A stretch of 64,000 bases of DNA. Source: an uncultured Alistipes sp. (GTDB lineage Bacteria; Bacteroidota; Bacteroidia; Bacteroidales; Rikenellaceae). The notes under the pieces are model-generated. The model was not told the DNA's origin. It saw nothing but the letters and a program-made list of their open reading frames with translations, and did no database searches. Where the stretch lies: NCBI GenBank assembly GCA_949283205.1, contig CASDSD010000043.1, forward strand, positions 3,526 through 67,525. Direction: 5' to 3'. Made by a program: the position numbers and the translations under genes. This document shows positions 26,535 to 36,356 of the stretch, piece by piece (position 1 is the stretch's first letter; the number at the start of each line of letters is the position of its first letter).

Positions 26535-28334
26535 ATGCAAAAACTTCGCAACATAGCTATCATAGCGCACGTAGACCACGGAAAGACCACGCTCGTGGAC
26601 AAGATGATCGTGGCGGGACACCTGTTGCGTACCGACAACAACACCGGCGACCTGATCATGGACAACAACGACCTGGAGCGTGAGCGCGGCATCACCATCC
26701 TCTCGAAGAACGTCTCGGTGAAATACAAGGACTACAAGATCAACATCATAGACACCCCGGGGCACGCCGACTTCGGCGGCGAGGTGGAGCGCGTGCTCAA
26801 CATGTGCGACGGCGTGCTGCTGCTGGTGGACGCCTTCGAGGGTACCATGCCGCAGACGCGCTTCGTGCTGCAGAAGGCCCTCGCCCTGGGCAAGAAACCC
26901 ATCGTCGTGATAAACAAGGTCGACAAGCCCAACTGCCGCCCCGAGGCGGTGAACGAGCAGGTCTTCGACCTGATGTTCTCGCTCGGCGCAACGGAGGAGC
27001 AGCTCGACTACAAGACCATCTACGGCTCGGCCAAGCAGGGATGGATGTCGCACGTGTGGAACCACCCCACGGACTCCATCACCCCGCTGCTCGACGCCAT
27101 CATCGACGAGATCCCGGCACCGGCCGAGGTGGAGGGCACGCCCCAGATGCTCATCACCTCGCTCGAGTATTCGCCCTACGTGGGACGTATCGCCGTGGGC
27201 AAGATCACGCGCGGCGAGTTGCACGCCGGAGAGAATGTCACGCTGGCCAAGCGCGACGGCAAGACAATGGTCAAGCAGCGCATCAAGGAGCTGATGGTAT
27301 TCGAGGGCCTCGGCAAGACGAAGGTCGACAAGGTGGAGTGCGGCGAGATATGTGCCATCGTGGGCCTCGAGGGCTTCGAGATCGGAGATACGGTATGCGA
27401 CTACGAGAACCCCGAGCCGCTGCCCCCCATCGCCATCGACGAGCCGACCATGTCGATGCTCTTCACCATAAACAACTCGCCCTTCTTCGGCCGCGACGGC
27501 AAGTACGTCACCTCGCGCCACATAAAGGAGCGTCTCGACCGCGAGCTGGAGAAGAACCTCGCCCTGCGCGTGGAGCCCGGGCAGAACGCCGACTCGTTCA
27601 TCGTCTACGGCCGCGGCGTGCTGCACCTCTCGGTCCTCATCGAGACCATGCGCCGCGAGGGATACGAGCTTCAGGTGGGACAGCCCAAGGTCATAATCAA
27701 GGAGATCGACGGCGTGAAGTGCGAGCCCGTGGAGGAGATGACGGTAGACTGCCCCGACGAATATGCCGGCACCGTGATCGAGATGGTGACCAAACGCAAG
27801 GGCAACATGACCGACATGCAGTCGGACGGCGAACGCACCCGCATGGAGTTCCTCATACCATCGCGCGGCATCATCGGCCTGCGCTCGATAATGCTCACCG
27901 CCACGGCGGGCGAGGCCATCATGACGCACCGTCTGAAGGATTTCGAACCGTGGATGGGCGACATAGAGATGCGCACCAACGGCTCGCTCATAGCCTCGGA
28001 GACAGGTACCGCATACGCCTATGCCATCGACAAGCTGCAGGATCGCGGCCGCTTCTTCATCTCGCCCATGGACGAAGTATACTGCGGTCAAGTCGTGGGT
28101 GAGAGCACCCGCGCCGGCGATATCACGGTCAACGTCACCAAGGCCAAGCAGCTGACCAACATGCGTGCCTCGGGCGCCGACGACAAGGCCGTCATCGTGC
28201 CGCCCAAGGTATTCTCGCTCGAGGAGGCGCTCGAATACATCAAGGCCGACGAATATGTCGAGGTTACGCCCAAAGCGATGCGCCTGCGCAAGATACTGCT
28301 CAACGAGGTCGACCGCAAGCGTGCCGCAAAATAA
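26535..28334 (+). CDS. typA: translational GTPase TypA/BipA
   Basis: G motifs [22 protein letters not shown]. 599 aa, the typical length. Confidence 0.97.
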   Translation: MQKLRNIAIIAHVDHGKTTLVDKMIVAGHLLRTDNNTGDLIMDNNDLERERGITILSKNVSVKYKDYKINIIDTPGHADFGGEVERVLNMCDGVLLLVDAFEGTMPQTRFVLQKALALGKKPIVVINKVDKPNCRPEAVNEQVFDLMFSLGATEEQLDYKTIYGSAKQGWMSHVWNHPTDSITPLLDAIIDEIPAPAEVEGTPQMLITSLEYSPYVGRIAVGKITRGELHAGENVTLAKRDGKTMVKQRIKELMVFEGLGKTKVDKVECGEICAIVGLEGFEIGDTVCDYENPEPLPPIAIDEPTMSMLFTINNSPFFGRDGKYVTSRHIKERLDRELEKNLALRVEPGQNADSFIVYGRGVLHLSVLIETMRREGYELQVGQPKVIIKEIDGVKCEPVEEMTVDCPDEYAGTVIEMVTKRKGNMTDMQSDGERTRMEFLIPSRGIIGLRSIMLTATAGEAIMTHRLKDFEPWMGDIEMRTNGSLIASETGTAYAYAIDKLQDRGRFFISPMDEVYCGQVVGESTRAGDITVNVTKAKQLTNMRASGADDKAVIVPPKVFSLEEALEYIKADEYVEVTPKAMRLRKILLNEVDRKRAAK

Positions 28335-28343
28335 CGCCTTGCG

Positions 28344-28661
28344 ATGAACTACATCACGCTCACGCTGGTTACGGGCCTGGTTGCAGGGCTTCTGGACATG
28401 ATACCCATGTTCTCCAAGGGGGTGTCGTTCCGCTGGTGCCTCGCGGCGCTGTGCACATACCTCTTCACCGCCATCCTCGTCTTCTACGGCGACGTACCCT
28501 ACCTGCCGTGGTGGGCCGACGGCTCGGCCGTGGCGCTGATGATAACCATCCCCGCCATATTGTGCTCGGCGGGGAAAGGCAACCGTCACGCGCCGGTGAT
28601 GTTCATGAATGCGGTGATCCTGGGATTCCTAATCTCGGTATCGAAACATTTTCTGGGATAG
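28344..28661 (+). CDS. small hypothetical membrane protein (3-4 TM)
   Basis: 105 aa, hydrophobic throughout. Starts 9 nt after the typA stop and is followed by a terminator. No family recognised. Confidence 0.6.
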   Translation: MNYITLTLVTGLVAGLLDMIPMFSKGVSFRWCLAALCTYLFTAILVFYGDVPYLPWWADGSAVALMITIPAILCSAGKGNRHAPVMFMNAVILGFLISVSKHFLG

Positions 28662-28704
28662 GGGCCGCACAGGGATGCCTGGGATAGAAGCCGCACAGGG
28701 GCGC
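28653..28704. repeat. 26-bp tandem duplication straddling the stop codon of the small membrane gene
   Basis: CTGGGATAGGGGCCGCACAGGGATGC followed by CTGGGATAGAAGCCGCACAGGGGCGC. Confidence 0.8.
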
Positions 28705-28724
28705 AACATGGCGTCGTATAAAAT

Positions 28725-28760
28725 GGCGGGGACGGAAGCATCCGTTCCCGCCTATTTTTT
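28725..28760 (+). terminator. rho-independent terminator (overlaps the 3' end of the convergent ybaN-like gene)
   Basis: 12-bp stem GGCGGGGACGGA / TCCGTTCCCGCC (one G-T pair), loop AGCA, then TATTTTTT. Confidence 0.7.
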
Positions 28761-29117
28761 CAGCGTGTCATATGACAGTATGTGCCAAGATATGCCCGCC
28801 GCGAGCAGAGCCAGCGCCGCCTGGGCCCACCACAGCCCGTCGACCACGGCCACGATGCAGAAGCCTATCGTAAGCCATACGAGCGACACCGAAACGACCT
28901 TTACGCGCAACGGTATGGCACGGTTTTCACGGAAGTTGCGGATGTATTCGCCAAGCTGCGGGTGGTTCATGAGCCATGCGTAGAGGCGCGGCGACGAGCG
29001 TACGAAGAGCCATGCCGCGAGCAGCAGGAAAGGGGTTGTGGGCAGCAGCGGCAGGAAGATTCCCGCCACACCCAGCGCCAGCGACACCACTCCGAGAAAG
29101 GCCAACAGTGATTTCAT
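28752..29117 (-). CDS. YbaN-family (DUF454) inner-membrane protein
   Basis: MKSLLAFLGVVSLALGVAGIFLPLLPTTPFLLLAAWLFVRSSPRLYAWL is the characteristic DUF454 N-terminus. Start is an internal ATG of a TTG-initiated track ORF. Confidence 0.85.
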   Translation of the reverse strand: MKSLLAFLGVVSLALGVAGIFLPLLPTTPFLLLAAWLFVRSSPRLYAWLMNHPQLGEYIRNFRENRAIPLRVKVVSVSLVWLTIGFCIVAVVDGLWWAQAALALLAAGISWHILSYDTLKK

Positions 29118-29183
29118 GGGGACAAAAATAGCCATTCGCCGCCAAATAGCGGCGCAACGGAGGGCGAAACCGCGAAAATTTGC

Positions 29184-29191
29184 TACCTTTG
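29184..29191 (+). promoter_or_regulatory. -7 box (TAccTTTG) for rpiB
   Basis: TACCTTTG lies 87 nt upstream of ATG 29279. Confidence 0.45.
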
Positions 29192-29278
29192 CGCCCGTCG
29201 GGACACGGCGGCCGGAGCAGCACCGCAACGGGCACAGCGGCCGGGACGGCACAACCGACAAACCTAAAACCTGTCATA

Positions 29279-29731
29279 ATGAAAAGCATAGGCATTGCCT
29301 GCGACCACGCGGGCTACGAACTGAAAGAGTTTTTGGTGGGATACCTCTCGTCGAAGGGATATGAGGTGACAGATTTCGGCACCGACTCGGAGGCCAGCGT
29401 CGACTATCCCGATTTCGCACATCCGCTGGCCGAAGCCATACAGAGCGGCGAGTTGCCCGTCGGCATCGGGATATGCGGTTCGGGCGAGGGCATGGCCATG
29501 ACGCTCAACAAACACCGCGGCATCCGCGCGGGTCTCTGCTGGGACCCCGAGATAGCCGCCCTGACACGCCAGCACAACAATGCCAACATCGTGGTGCTGC
29601 CGGCACGCTTCGTCTCGAACGACGAGGCCATGGCCATCGTGGACCGATTCCTCGCCACCGACTTCGAGGGCGGCCGCCACGAGCGCCGCATCGCCAAGAT
29701 CGACCTGCCGCTGCCGTCGCCCGAAAAGTAG
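29279..29731 (+). CDS. rpiB: ribose 5-phosphate isomerase B
   Basis: MKSIGIACDHAGYELKEFL and GICGSGEGM motifs of the RpiB/LacAB family. 150 aa. Confidence 0.93.
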   Translation: MKSIGIACDHAGYELKEFLVGYLSSKGYEVTDFGTDSEASVDYPDFAHPLAEAIQSGELPVGIGICGSGEGMAMTLNKHRGIRAGLCWDPEIAALTRQHNNANIVVLPARFVSNDEAMAIVDRFLATDFEGGRHERRIAKIDLPLPSPEK

Positions 29732-29762
29732 CGCAAAGGAGATACGGCACATACGACACGAT

Positions 29763-29797
29763 GCGGGGAGGGAATTTTCGAAAGATTCCCTCCCCGC
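29763..29797. terminator. hairpin terminator between convergent rpiB and ispE
   Basis: 13-bp perfect stem GCGGGGAGGGAAT / ATTCCCTCCCCGC with a 9-nt loop. Confidence 0.65.
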
Positions 29798-29822
29798 AAC
29801 TCTTTTGTCCCGCCGAACCGGC

Positions 29823-30635
29823 CTACAGACGATATATGTACTGGGTCATGCCGCGCATCGACTCCGCCTTCTCGCCGTCATCGAAGAGCCCGAACACGGC
29901 CGAGCCGCTCCCCGACATCGAGGCATATACGGCCCCCGCCTCGAGCAGAGCCCTCTTCACCCCGCCGATGGCGGGATGCGCCGCGAAGACCGACGGCTCA
30001 AAATCATTGACCACACTCCCCTGCCACCGCCCGACGGGCTCCGCTATACGCTCCGCCAGAGGCCGTGCGGGAACATGAGGTGTCACGCCGGCATACGCCT
30101 CGCGTGTGGAGACCCCCTCGGCAGGCTTCACAACGGCAATCCACCACTCCGACAGGTCCACATCGACAGGCGTCATACGCTCGCCGCGCCCCTCGCACAA
30201 CTGAGGCGTATTGCGCACGAAGAAAGCCGTATCGCTTCCCAGCTCGGCAGCTACGGCTATGAGCGCCGCCTCGTCCATCCCCAGCGAGAAGATCTCGTTC
30301 AGGGCCACCAGCACGGCCGTGCCGTCCGACGACCCGCCGCCGAGTCCCGCCCCGAAGGGCACGCGCTTGTCGAGCGTGATACGCACACCGCCGACAGCAT
30401 AACGACGGCGCAGCAGTTCATATGCCTTGAGGCATATGTTCTTCTCCGGCGGACAGTCTATCTCGATGCCGAGAGCCACGAACTCCGCCTCCGCGCCCTC
30501 CGTCGGCACAACCTCCACGACGTCGTACAACCCGCGCAGGGGATACATCACCGTGGCAATGTCATGGTAGCCGTCCTCGCGGCGGCGCAGAATGTCCAGA
30601 CCAAGATTTATCTTGCAGTTCGCTTCTATTCTCAT
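29823..30635 (-). CDS. ispE: 4-(cytidine 5'-diphospho)-2-C-methyl-D-erythritol kinase
   Basis: N-terminus MRIEANCKINLGLDIL and GHMP kinase motif PFGAGLGGGSSDG. Confidence 0.92.
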   Translation of the reverse strand: MRIEANCKINLGLDILRRREDGYHDIATVMYPLRGLYDVVEVVPTEGAEAEFVALGIEIDCPPEKNICLKAYELLRRRYAVGGVRITLDKRVPFGAGLGGGSSDGTAVLVALNEIFSLGMDEAALIAVAAELGSDTAFFVRNTPQLCEGRGERMTPVDVDLSEWWIAVVKPAEGVSTREAYAGVTPHVPARPLAERIAEPVGRWQGSVVNDFEPSVFAAHPAIGGVKRALLEAGAVYASMSGSGSAVFGLFDDGEKAESMRGMTQYIYRL

Positions 30636-30677
30636 ATGTTCATGGATTTTCGTTGCAGCAGAAACATGTCGTGCCAC

Positions 30678-31280
30678 CTATGCCCCCAGTTCCGACAACG
30701 TCCGCTCCGCAGCCGCGACAAGGGCCGGGCGCACCCGCTCCAGTTTGACGAACCAATCCTCGATCGAGCCGTCGACGTTGTCGCTCACGCCCTTTATCAT
30801 CCTCACGGGCAACGGCTCCGCACCCCGCATCGCGGCGTGGAAACGCACGGCGCGCAGGATGGCGTACCCCTCCATCTCGAAACAGTCGTAGCGCGCCAGC
30901 ACATCGAGTTCCGCACGCGGCGTGGCCGGAGAGATAAAGCTGTCGACCGAGACCAGCGACACCCCCTCCGCGCCCGAGTCAGGATATTCCGGCGCCGAGG
31001 CGAAGACCGAATCGAGATAAAGCCCGCCCTGCCATACAACCGAGGGATAGAGCACCGTCCCGGCAGGATGCGTCAGCGAGCCGCAGGTACCGACGTTGAC
31101 CACGGCGGCATAGTCGTGCCGCGCCAGCGCCGCGAGCGTCGTCTCGAAAGCCCGCAGCTTGCCCACCCCCGTGAAGACCACGTCGCAGCGGCCGCGCAGT
31201 GCCGCCGCAGCACCTCCGAGTTCATCCTCGACGGCGGCCAGCAGCAGGACCCTGCCGCCGCAAAGAGCATTGTCAGCCAT
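30678..31280 (-). CDS. nucleoside phosphorylase-superfamily protein (MTA/SAH nucleosidase-like)
   Basis: 200 aa. FTGVGK, NVGTCGS and FEMEGYA motifs resemble the PNP_UDP_1 / MtnN family. Exact substrate is unclear. Confidence 0.7.
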   Translation of the reverse strand: MADNALCGGRVLLLAAVEDELGGAAAALRGRCDVVFTGVGKLRAFETTLAALARHDYAAVVNVGTCGSLTHPAGTVLYPSVVWQGGLYLDSVFASAPEYPDSGAEGVSLVSVDSFISPATPRAELDVLARYDCFEMEGYAILRAVRFHAAMRGAEPLPVRMIKGVSDNVDGSIEDWFVKLERVRPALVAAAERTLSELGA

Positions 31281-31360
31281 AAGAAAACCTTATTTGTCAC
31301 AAAGGTAGAATATTCGACAACAAAAAACAACCATTGATTGCTATTGCGGGAATTTATAAT

Positions 31361-31368
31361 TAAATTTG
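31361..31368 (+). promoter_or_regulatory. -7 box (TAaaTTTG) for the NifU-like / GGGtGRT operon
   Basis: TAAATTTG sits in an AT-rich spacer, about 72 nt upstream of ATG 31441. Confidence 0.45.
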
Positions 31369-31440
31369 CAACGGCTTTTTGCGGGGAACCGCAACAGGTG
31401 GCAAACAGACTGTTATACGAACAAATAAACTCATCTAACT

Positions 31441-32133
31441 ATGATCTATTCACACGAAGTGCAGCAGATGTGCTGCGTAAAGAAGGGTGCCAACCACGCA
31501 TCGGCTCCCATTCCGCAGGAGGGCAAATGGGTTGTCGCCAAAGAGATCAAGGACATTTCCGGCCTTACGCACGGTGTGGGTTGGTGCGCTCCGGAGCAGG
31601 GCGCGTGCAAGCTCACGCTCAATGTAAAAGAGGGTATCATTCAGGAGGCTCTCGTCGAGACCATCGGCTGCTCGGGCATGACCCACTCTGCTGCCATGGC
31701 ATCGGAGATCCTGCCGGGCAAGACCATCCTCGAGGCCCTCAACACCGACCTCGTGTGCGACGCCATCAACACCGCCATGCGCGAGCTCTTCAAGCAGATC
31801 GTATACGGACGTACCCAGTCGGCCTTCTCTGAGGGCGGCCTCACCATCGGCGCCTCGCTCGAGGATCTGGGCAAGGGTCTGCGTTCGCAGGTCGGCACCA
31901 TGTTCGGCACGCTGGCCAAGGGTACCCGCTACCTCGAAATGGCCGAGGGATACTGCACCCGCATGGCTCTCGACGCCAACGACGAGGTTATCGGCTACGA
32001 GTTCGTACATCTGGGCAAGATGATGGACTTCATCAAGAAGGGCATGGCTCCCGCCGAGGCTCTCGAGAAGGCCAAGGGCTCTTACGGCCGCTTCAAGGAT
32101 GCAGTCAAGTACATCGATCCGCGTCAAGAGTAA
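31441..32133 (+). CDS. NifU/IscU-like iron-sulfur scaffold-domain protein with about 100-aa C-terminal extension
   Basis: 230 aa. Cys-containing segments GVGWCAPEQGAC and ETIGCSGMTHSAAMASE resemble the IscU/NifU N-terminal Cys triad. Confidence 0.8.
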   Translation: MIYSHEVQQMCCVKKGANHASAPIPQEGKWVVAKEIKDISGLTHGVGWCAPEQGACKLTLNVKEGIIQEALVETIGCSGMTHSAAMASEILPGKTILEALNTDLVCDAINTAMRELFKQIVYGRTQSAFSEGGLTIGASLEDLGKGLRSQVGTMFGTLAKGTRYLEMAEGYCTRMALDANDEVIGYEFVHLGKMMDFIKKGMAPAEALEKAKGSYGRFKDAVKYIDPRQE

Positions 32134-32168
32134 ACCCATTGTGCAACCGAAAAAAAGAGAAAAACAAT

Positions 32169-33173
32169 ATGGCAACATTATTTGAGAGCTACGAGCGCCG
32201 AATCGACCACATCAACGAGGTGCTCGCACAATACGGAATCAACGGCATCGACGAGGCCAAGGCTATCTGCGACGCCAAGGGCATCGACCCCTACAAGATG
32301 TGTGAGGAGACGCAGCCCATCTGCTTCGAGAACGCCAAGTGGGCATACGTCGTAGGCGCCGCCATCGCCATCAAGAAGGGCTGCACCAACGCCGCCGACG
32401 CCGCCGAGGCCATCGGCGAGGGTCTGCAGGCATTCTGCATCGCCGGCTCTGTAGCCGACGATCGCAAGGTGGGTCTGGGCCACGGCAATCTGGCCGCACG
32501 TCTGCTCCGCGAGGAGACGCAGTGCTTCGCCTTCCTGGCCGGCCATGAGTCGTTCGCCGCAGCCGAGGGCGCCATCAAGATCGCCGAGATGGCAAACCGC
32601 GTGCGCAAGAACCCCCTGCGCGTGATCCTCAACGGTCTGGGCAAGGACGCCGCCAAGATCATCTCGCGCATCAACGGCTTCACCTACGTACAGACGCAGT
32701 TCGACTACTACACCGGCGAGGTGAAGGTTGTCGACACCATACCCTACTCGGACGGCCTGCGCTCGAAGGTGCGCTGCTACGGCGCCGATGACGTGCGCGA
32801 GGGCGTGGCCATCATGTGGAAGGAGGATGTAGACGTATCGATCACCGGCAACTCGACCAACCCCACCCGCTTCCAGCACCCCGTAGCCGGCACGTACAAG
32901 AAGGAGCGTCTGCTCGCCGGCAAGAAGTACTTCTCGGTAGCTTCGGGCGGCGGTACGGGCCGTACCCTCCACCCCGACAACATGGCCGCAGGTCCCGCTT
33001 CGTACGGCATGACCGACACCATGGGCCGCATGCACTCGGACGCACAGTTCGCAGGTTCGTCATCGGTACCCGCACACGTGGAGATGATGGGCTTCCTCGG
33101 CATGGGCAACAACCCGATGGTGGGCGCTACCGTAGCCGTGGCAGTAGCCGTACAGCAGGCTATGAACAAGTAA
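32169..33173 (+). CDS. GGGtGRT-motif protein (conserved, function unknown)
   Basis: 334 aa. Motif SGGGTGRTLHPDNMAAGPASYGMTD is encoded at nt 32946-32966. Starts 35 nt after the NifU-like gene. Confidence 0.85.
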   Translation: MATLFESYERRIDHINEVLAQYGINGIDEAKAICDAKGIDPYKMCEETQPICFENAKWAYVVGAAIAIKKGCTNAADAAEAIGEGLQAFCIAGSVADDRKVGLGHGNLAARLLREETQCFAFLAGHESFAAAEGAIKIAEMANRVRKNPLRVILNGLGKDAAKIISRINGFTYVQTQFDYYTGEVKVVDTIPYSDGLRSKVRCYGADDVREGVAIMWKEDVDVSITGNSTNPTRFQHPVAGTYKKERLLAGKKYFSVASGGGTGRTLHPDNMAAGPASYGMTDTMGRMHSDAQFAGSSSVPAHVEMMGFLGMGNNPMVGATVAVAVAVQQAMNK

Positions 33174-33197
33174 GCAATCCTCCGTTCAGGATACGAC

Positions 33198-33231
33198 AAT
33201 CCCCGCAGCCGCACGGTTGCGGGGATTTTTT
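33198..33231 (+). terminator. rho-independent terminator after the GGGtGRT gene
   Basis: Stem ATCCCCGCA / TGCGGGGAT followed by TTTTTT. Confidence 0.75.
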
Positions 33232-33340
33232 GTCACCCACCCGGATTTGCGCCGCAGCACATGGTTCCCGCAGCAGTTCCCGCAGCGAAGGCTGCACCTG
33301 CCGCATGATCCGCACACGGCGCTCTCCGTCCGCAGGCACA

Positions 33341-33379
33341 AAAAAAAGGAGCCGCCCGCATGTGGGGACGGCTCTTTTT
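33341..33379. terminator. bidirectional terminator serving the minus-strand transglycosylase gene
   Basis: An A7 run, an imperfect stem GAGCCG..CC / GG..CGGCTC, then a T5 run. Confidence 0.55.
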
Positions 33380-33402
33380 GTCAGTCTTACTTGCCTCGAC
33401 GG

Positions 33403-34113
33403 TTACGATCTTGCGGCCACCATTCTGCGATACGTGTCGTAACGCTGCATGACCTCCTTTACATAGTTTTTCGTCTGGCGGCTTCCGGTAAATTTGCCGC
33501 AGCGAACCAACTCGCTCTCGTATACGGCGGGGTCGGCCTTCATGTCGAGATATCGCGCCACCACCTCCCACGAGTTGGGATCCTCACCGTTGCTCCGTGC
33601 CAAACGGCGCGCATCCGACACGTGGCCGATACCGCCGTTGTAGCAGGCAAGAATAATGCTTAAACGATCGTTCGCGGGGGTCGACGGCGAAAATCTCATA
33701 ATGTCGTCGATTTCGTTGAGCAGCTTGCCCGCAAGACGTATGTTCGTCTCGGGATCCATGATATGCTCCTTGTCGACATTGAACTGCTTGCCGACGATGG
33801 GCATAACCTGCATCAGCCCTATGGCCCCCTGTTTCGAGACGAGATCCGATTCGAAGCGCGACTCGCTGTATGCTATGGCGCTCATCAGAAGCCAATCCTG
33901 TCCCTCCTCCTCGCCGATGCGGCGCATAACATCGTCGTAAACCGAGATGATATACTCCGGCTCCATCGCCGAGCTGTCGGCCGTGCTTACGGCCGCTGCG
34001 GATCCGTTCGCTGCGGCGGCGCTCTGCGCCATATCCTGCCTGCAGGCGTCGGATCCGAAAAATGTGATCAATACGATAAGAACGATCGAAAAAACTACTG
34101 CCTTTTTTGACAT
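33403..34113 (-). CDS. lytic transglycosylase domain protein (SLT family)
   Basis: Signal anchor. Catalytic region AIAYSESRFESDLVSKQGAIGLMQVMP. Confidence 0.88.
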   Translation of the reverse strand: MSKKAVVFSIVLIVLITFFGSDACRQDMAQSAAAANGSAAAVSTADSSAMEPEYIISVYDDVMRRIGEEEGQDWLLMSAIAYSESRFESDLVSKQGAIGLMQVMPIVGKQFNVDKEHIMDPETNIRLAGKLLNEIDDIMRFSPSTPANDRLSIILACYNGGIGHVSDARRLARSNGEDPNSWEVVARYLDMKADPAVYESELVRCGKFTGSRQTKNYVKEVMQRYDTYRRMVAARS

Positions 34114-34157
34114 ATTAAACTGTTTTGCGGGCAGCTTCTACCGTACCGTACAGCACG

Positions 34158-36287
34158 CTAATCATAGAATCCCCACGAGATGCCCATCTTGAACATACCC
34201 GGATTGAGCGGGTAACCGGCAACGGTGAAATACTGGTTGTTTCCGAACAAACCGGCATTCGCGTGCTGGTACTTCAAGAATATGCGCATTCTCTTCCATT
34301 TGGCCGACACGAAGGCGTCCAGATAGGGATAGTTCCCCAGACGCACGTCGCGTTGGTTGTAGAACGCCGCCAGAGCGGGGTTATACGACGGAGCGTAATA
34401 TTTCGTGTTGTAACGTCCGTCAAAACCCATCTGCAGGCGCAATACGTCGCGCACCACCCACATTTCGTAGTAATACGACAAGTAGGCGCTGCACAATGGA
34501 ACGGGAATAACTTCCTGATCCGTACTCCACTGTAACAATACCCTGTGGTCGAAATGGAATCCGCCGAGGCGGAAATCCTTGCGAGCATACAAACTCGTCA
34601 GACTTATCGTCGCCCCCGACTGCGCCACGCGGCTGTCGGCACCGTAGTATATCTTGTTCGATACCACGCCCTGCCATGCGCTCAACTCGAGCGCCCAATC
34701 GGGAATCTTCAACGACACTTCAAAACGCGTTTCATTCTCTTTGTCGAAAGAGTTGGACCACACATAGTGGTTCGAGAATAGGTTCTCCTCCCAATATCCG
34801 GGCGAGAGTCTCGTCTGCGAGAACCGCCCCGAGAGAATAACCGGATGACCCCGGAACTTCGCCGTGAGCGCCACAAGGGCGTTCAGGGCGAGGTCGCCGC
34901 TCCTGTAACCCGCCGGGTAGAACTTCAAGTCCGCTCCCCAGTCGGCGAATTTTCTTATCTTGCCGCTCACGGCGCCGTAGGCATACCACGCCGTACGTTT
35001 GTCCACGCCGTACTTGCCTGCCGCATAGTCCTTCAGCGCGAACTGCGTATAGGCATACATGTCGATACCGATACCGCCGTCGAGGATGCCGACAACGCCG
35101 TTGCGGTCCCACGGCTGCGCCTCCACGAAGAAGCGGTTCGACAACACCCTCTCGCGGATCGAGTCCCGCGATTCGGTCGGCGATATGTACCAGTCCTTGT
35201 AGTAGATGTCGGTGGTGGGCACATACTCGCCGTCTTCACCGCGGCTGCCGCGCTCGTTGATGTAGGTGGCATACTTGTCGGTATAGAGCTTGCTCCAGGT
35301 GTTGTACTCGAAGATATGCCCTATGTAGACCGCCGAAAGCCCCGCCAGCGAGAAGTCGTAGTCGGTCACCCGCTGCAGAGGGATGGCATACGACTGCTTC
35401 ACGAAGAAGGAGTTGTTGCGGTATGAGTTCTCCGCCTCGGCCTCGCCCAGCTTCATCGGCACGCCCGACGGATGCTCGAAGACGGTGTCGACGATGGCCC
35501 AGGTCCCGACAACGCCGCCGTTCTCACGCTGGCGGATGCGGTTGTTTATGTAGGCCGCATGTACGGTGTATCGCTTCCCCGTATGCGAGAAGGCCACGGC
35601 GAGATTGTGGTTTATCGTGCGCTGACCCTCGTAGAGGCCCTTCGTGCCGCGCGCCTTGTAGCTCACGTTGAAGCCCGTCGTGGGCGATATGTTGTGGGCC
35701 GTGGTGATCTCGAAGTGCTCCTCGCGATAACGTTTCTGGCCCGACTCGAGATACGTGAGGTTAAGGTAGGGCGTCTTCGAGTTGTAGAAGGGGACGTTGT
35801 CCATACGGTAGGTATAGGCATCGTATGCATGCGAGAACTTGAAATCGGGACTCTGCTCCCGCTCGAAGTAGTTGAACGGCAGGGTCGACTGTCCCAGGCC
35901 GCCGAGCGTCATGTCGCCAACCCCCTCCAGGTAGTATGGATAATCGATGCGCCAGTTGTCGAGGAGCGTATCCAGAGGCATGATCTCCACGCCGTTCAGG
36001 TCGCGGTCGACCCTCCACATGAAGTTGGGCAGGGCGCGGATCGAGTCGTTGAAGAGGTATGACTCCAGGGGACGCTTTATACGGCGCGTCCGTGTCGAGT
36101 CGCCCTGTTCCTGCTCCTCGTCCGTCCCCGTGTCGTAGGGGTTGGCACCGCCCAGGGAGACATTCTCGCCGTTACGTTGGGCACGCGCAAGCGCTGCGGC
36201 ATCGAGCTGTGCCGATGCCGACTGCGGCGCAAGCGACAGTATCGCCGCCGCCACCGATACGACCAATATGCATACGCCTGACCTCAT
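34158..36287 (-). CDS. large outer-membrane beta-barrel protein (putative porin family)
   Basis: 709 aa. Signal peptide MRSGVCILVVSVAAAILSLAPQSASAQ, Y/G/N-rich strand-like composition, ends ISWGFYD*. Family assignment is tentative. Confidence 0.75.
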   Translation of the reverse strand: MRSGVCILVVSVAAAILSLAPQSASAQLDAAALARAQRNGENVSLGGANPYDTGTDEEQEQGDSTRTRRIKRPLESYLFNDSIRALPNFMWRVDRDLNGVEIMPLDTLLDNWRIDYPYYLEGVGDMTLGGLGQSTLPFNYFEREQSPDFKFSHAYDAYTYRMDNVPFYNSKTPYLNLTYLESGQKRYREEHFEITTAHNISPTTGFNVSYKARGTKGLYEGQRTINHNLAVAFSHTGKRYTVHAAYINNRIRQRENGGVVGTWAIVDTVFEHPSGVPMKLGEAEAENSYRNNSFFVKQSYAIPLQRVTDYDFSLAGLSAVYIGHIFEYNTWSKLYTDKYATYINERGSRGEDGEYVPTTDIYYKDWYISPTESRDSIRERVLSNRFFVEAQPWDRNGVVGILDGGIGIDMYAYTQFALKDYAAGKYGVDKRTAWYAYGAVSGKIRKFADWGADLKFYPAGYRSGDLALNALVALTAKFRGHPVILSGRFSQTRLSPGYWEENLFSNHYVWSNSFDKENETRFEVSLKIPDWALELSAWQGVVSNKIYYGADSRVAQSGATISLTSLYARKDFRLGGFHFDHRVLLQWSTDQEVIPVPLCSAYLSYYYEMWVVRDVLRLQMGFDGRYNTKYYAPSYNPALAAFYNQRDVRLGNYPYLDAFVSAKWKRMRIFLKYQHANAGLFGNNQYFTVAGYPLNPGMFKMGISWGFYD

Positions 36288-36356
36288 CCCTTCGTTTTCG
36301 AACCTGTCATGCCGCCGCACGTCTCACACGCCGCCGGCACGAACTGCACACATCTC

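Noticed and set aside
26526-28589. 687-aa minus-strand ORF exactly antisense to typA.
   Set aside because: typA on the plus strand is unambiguous, with all GTPase motifs. The antisense product is low-complexity (R/H/G/V/A-rich).
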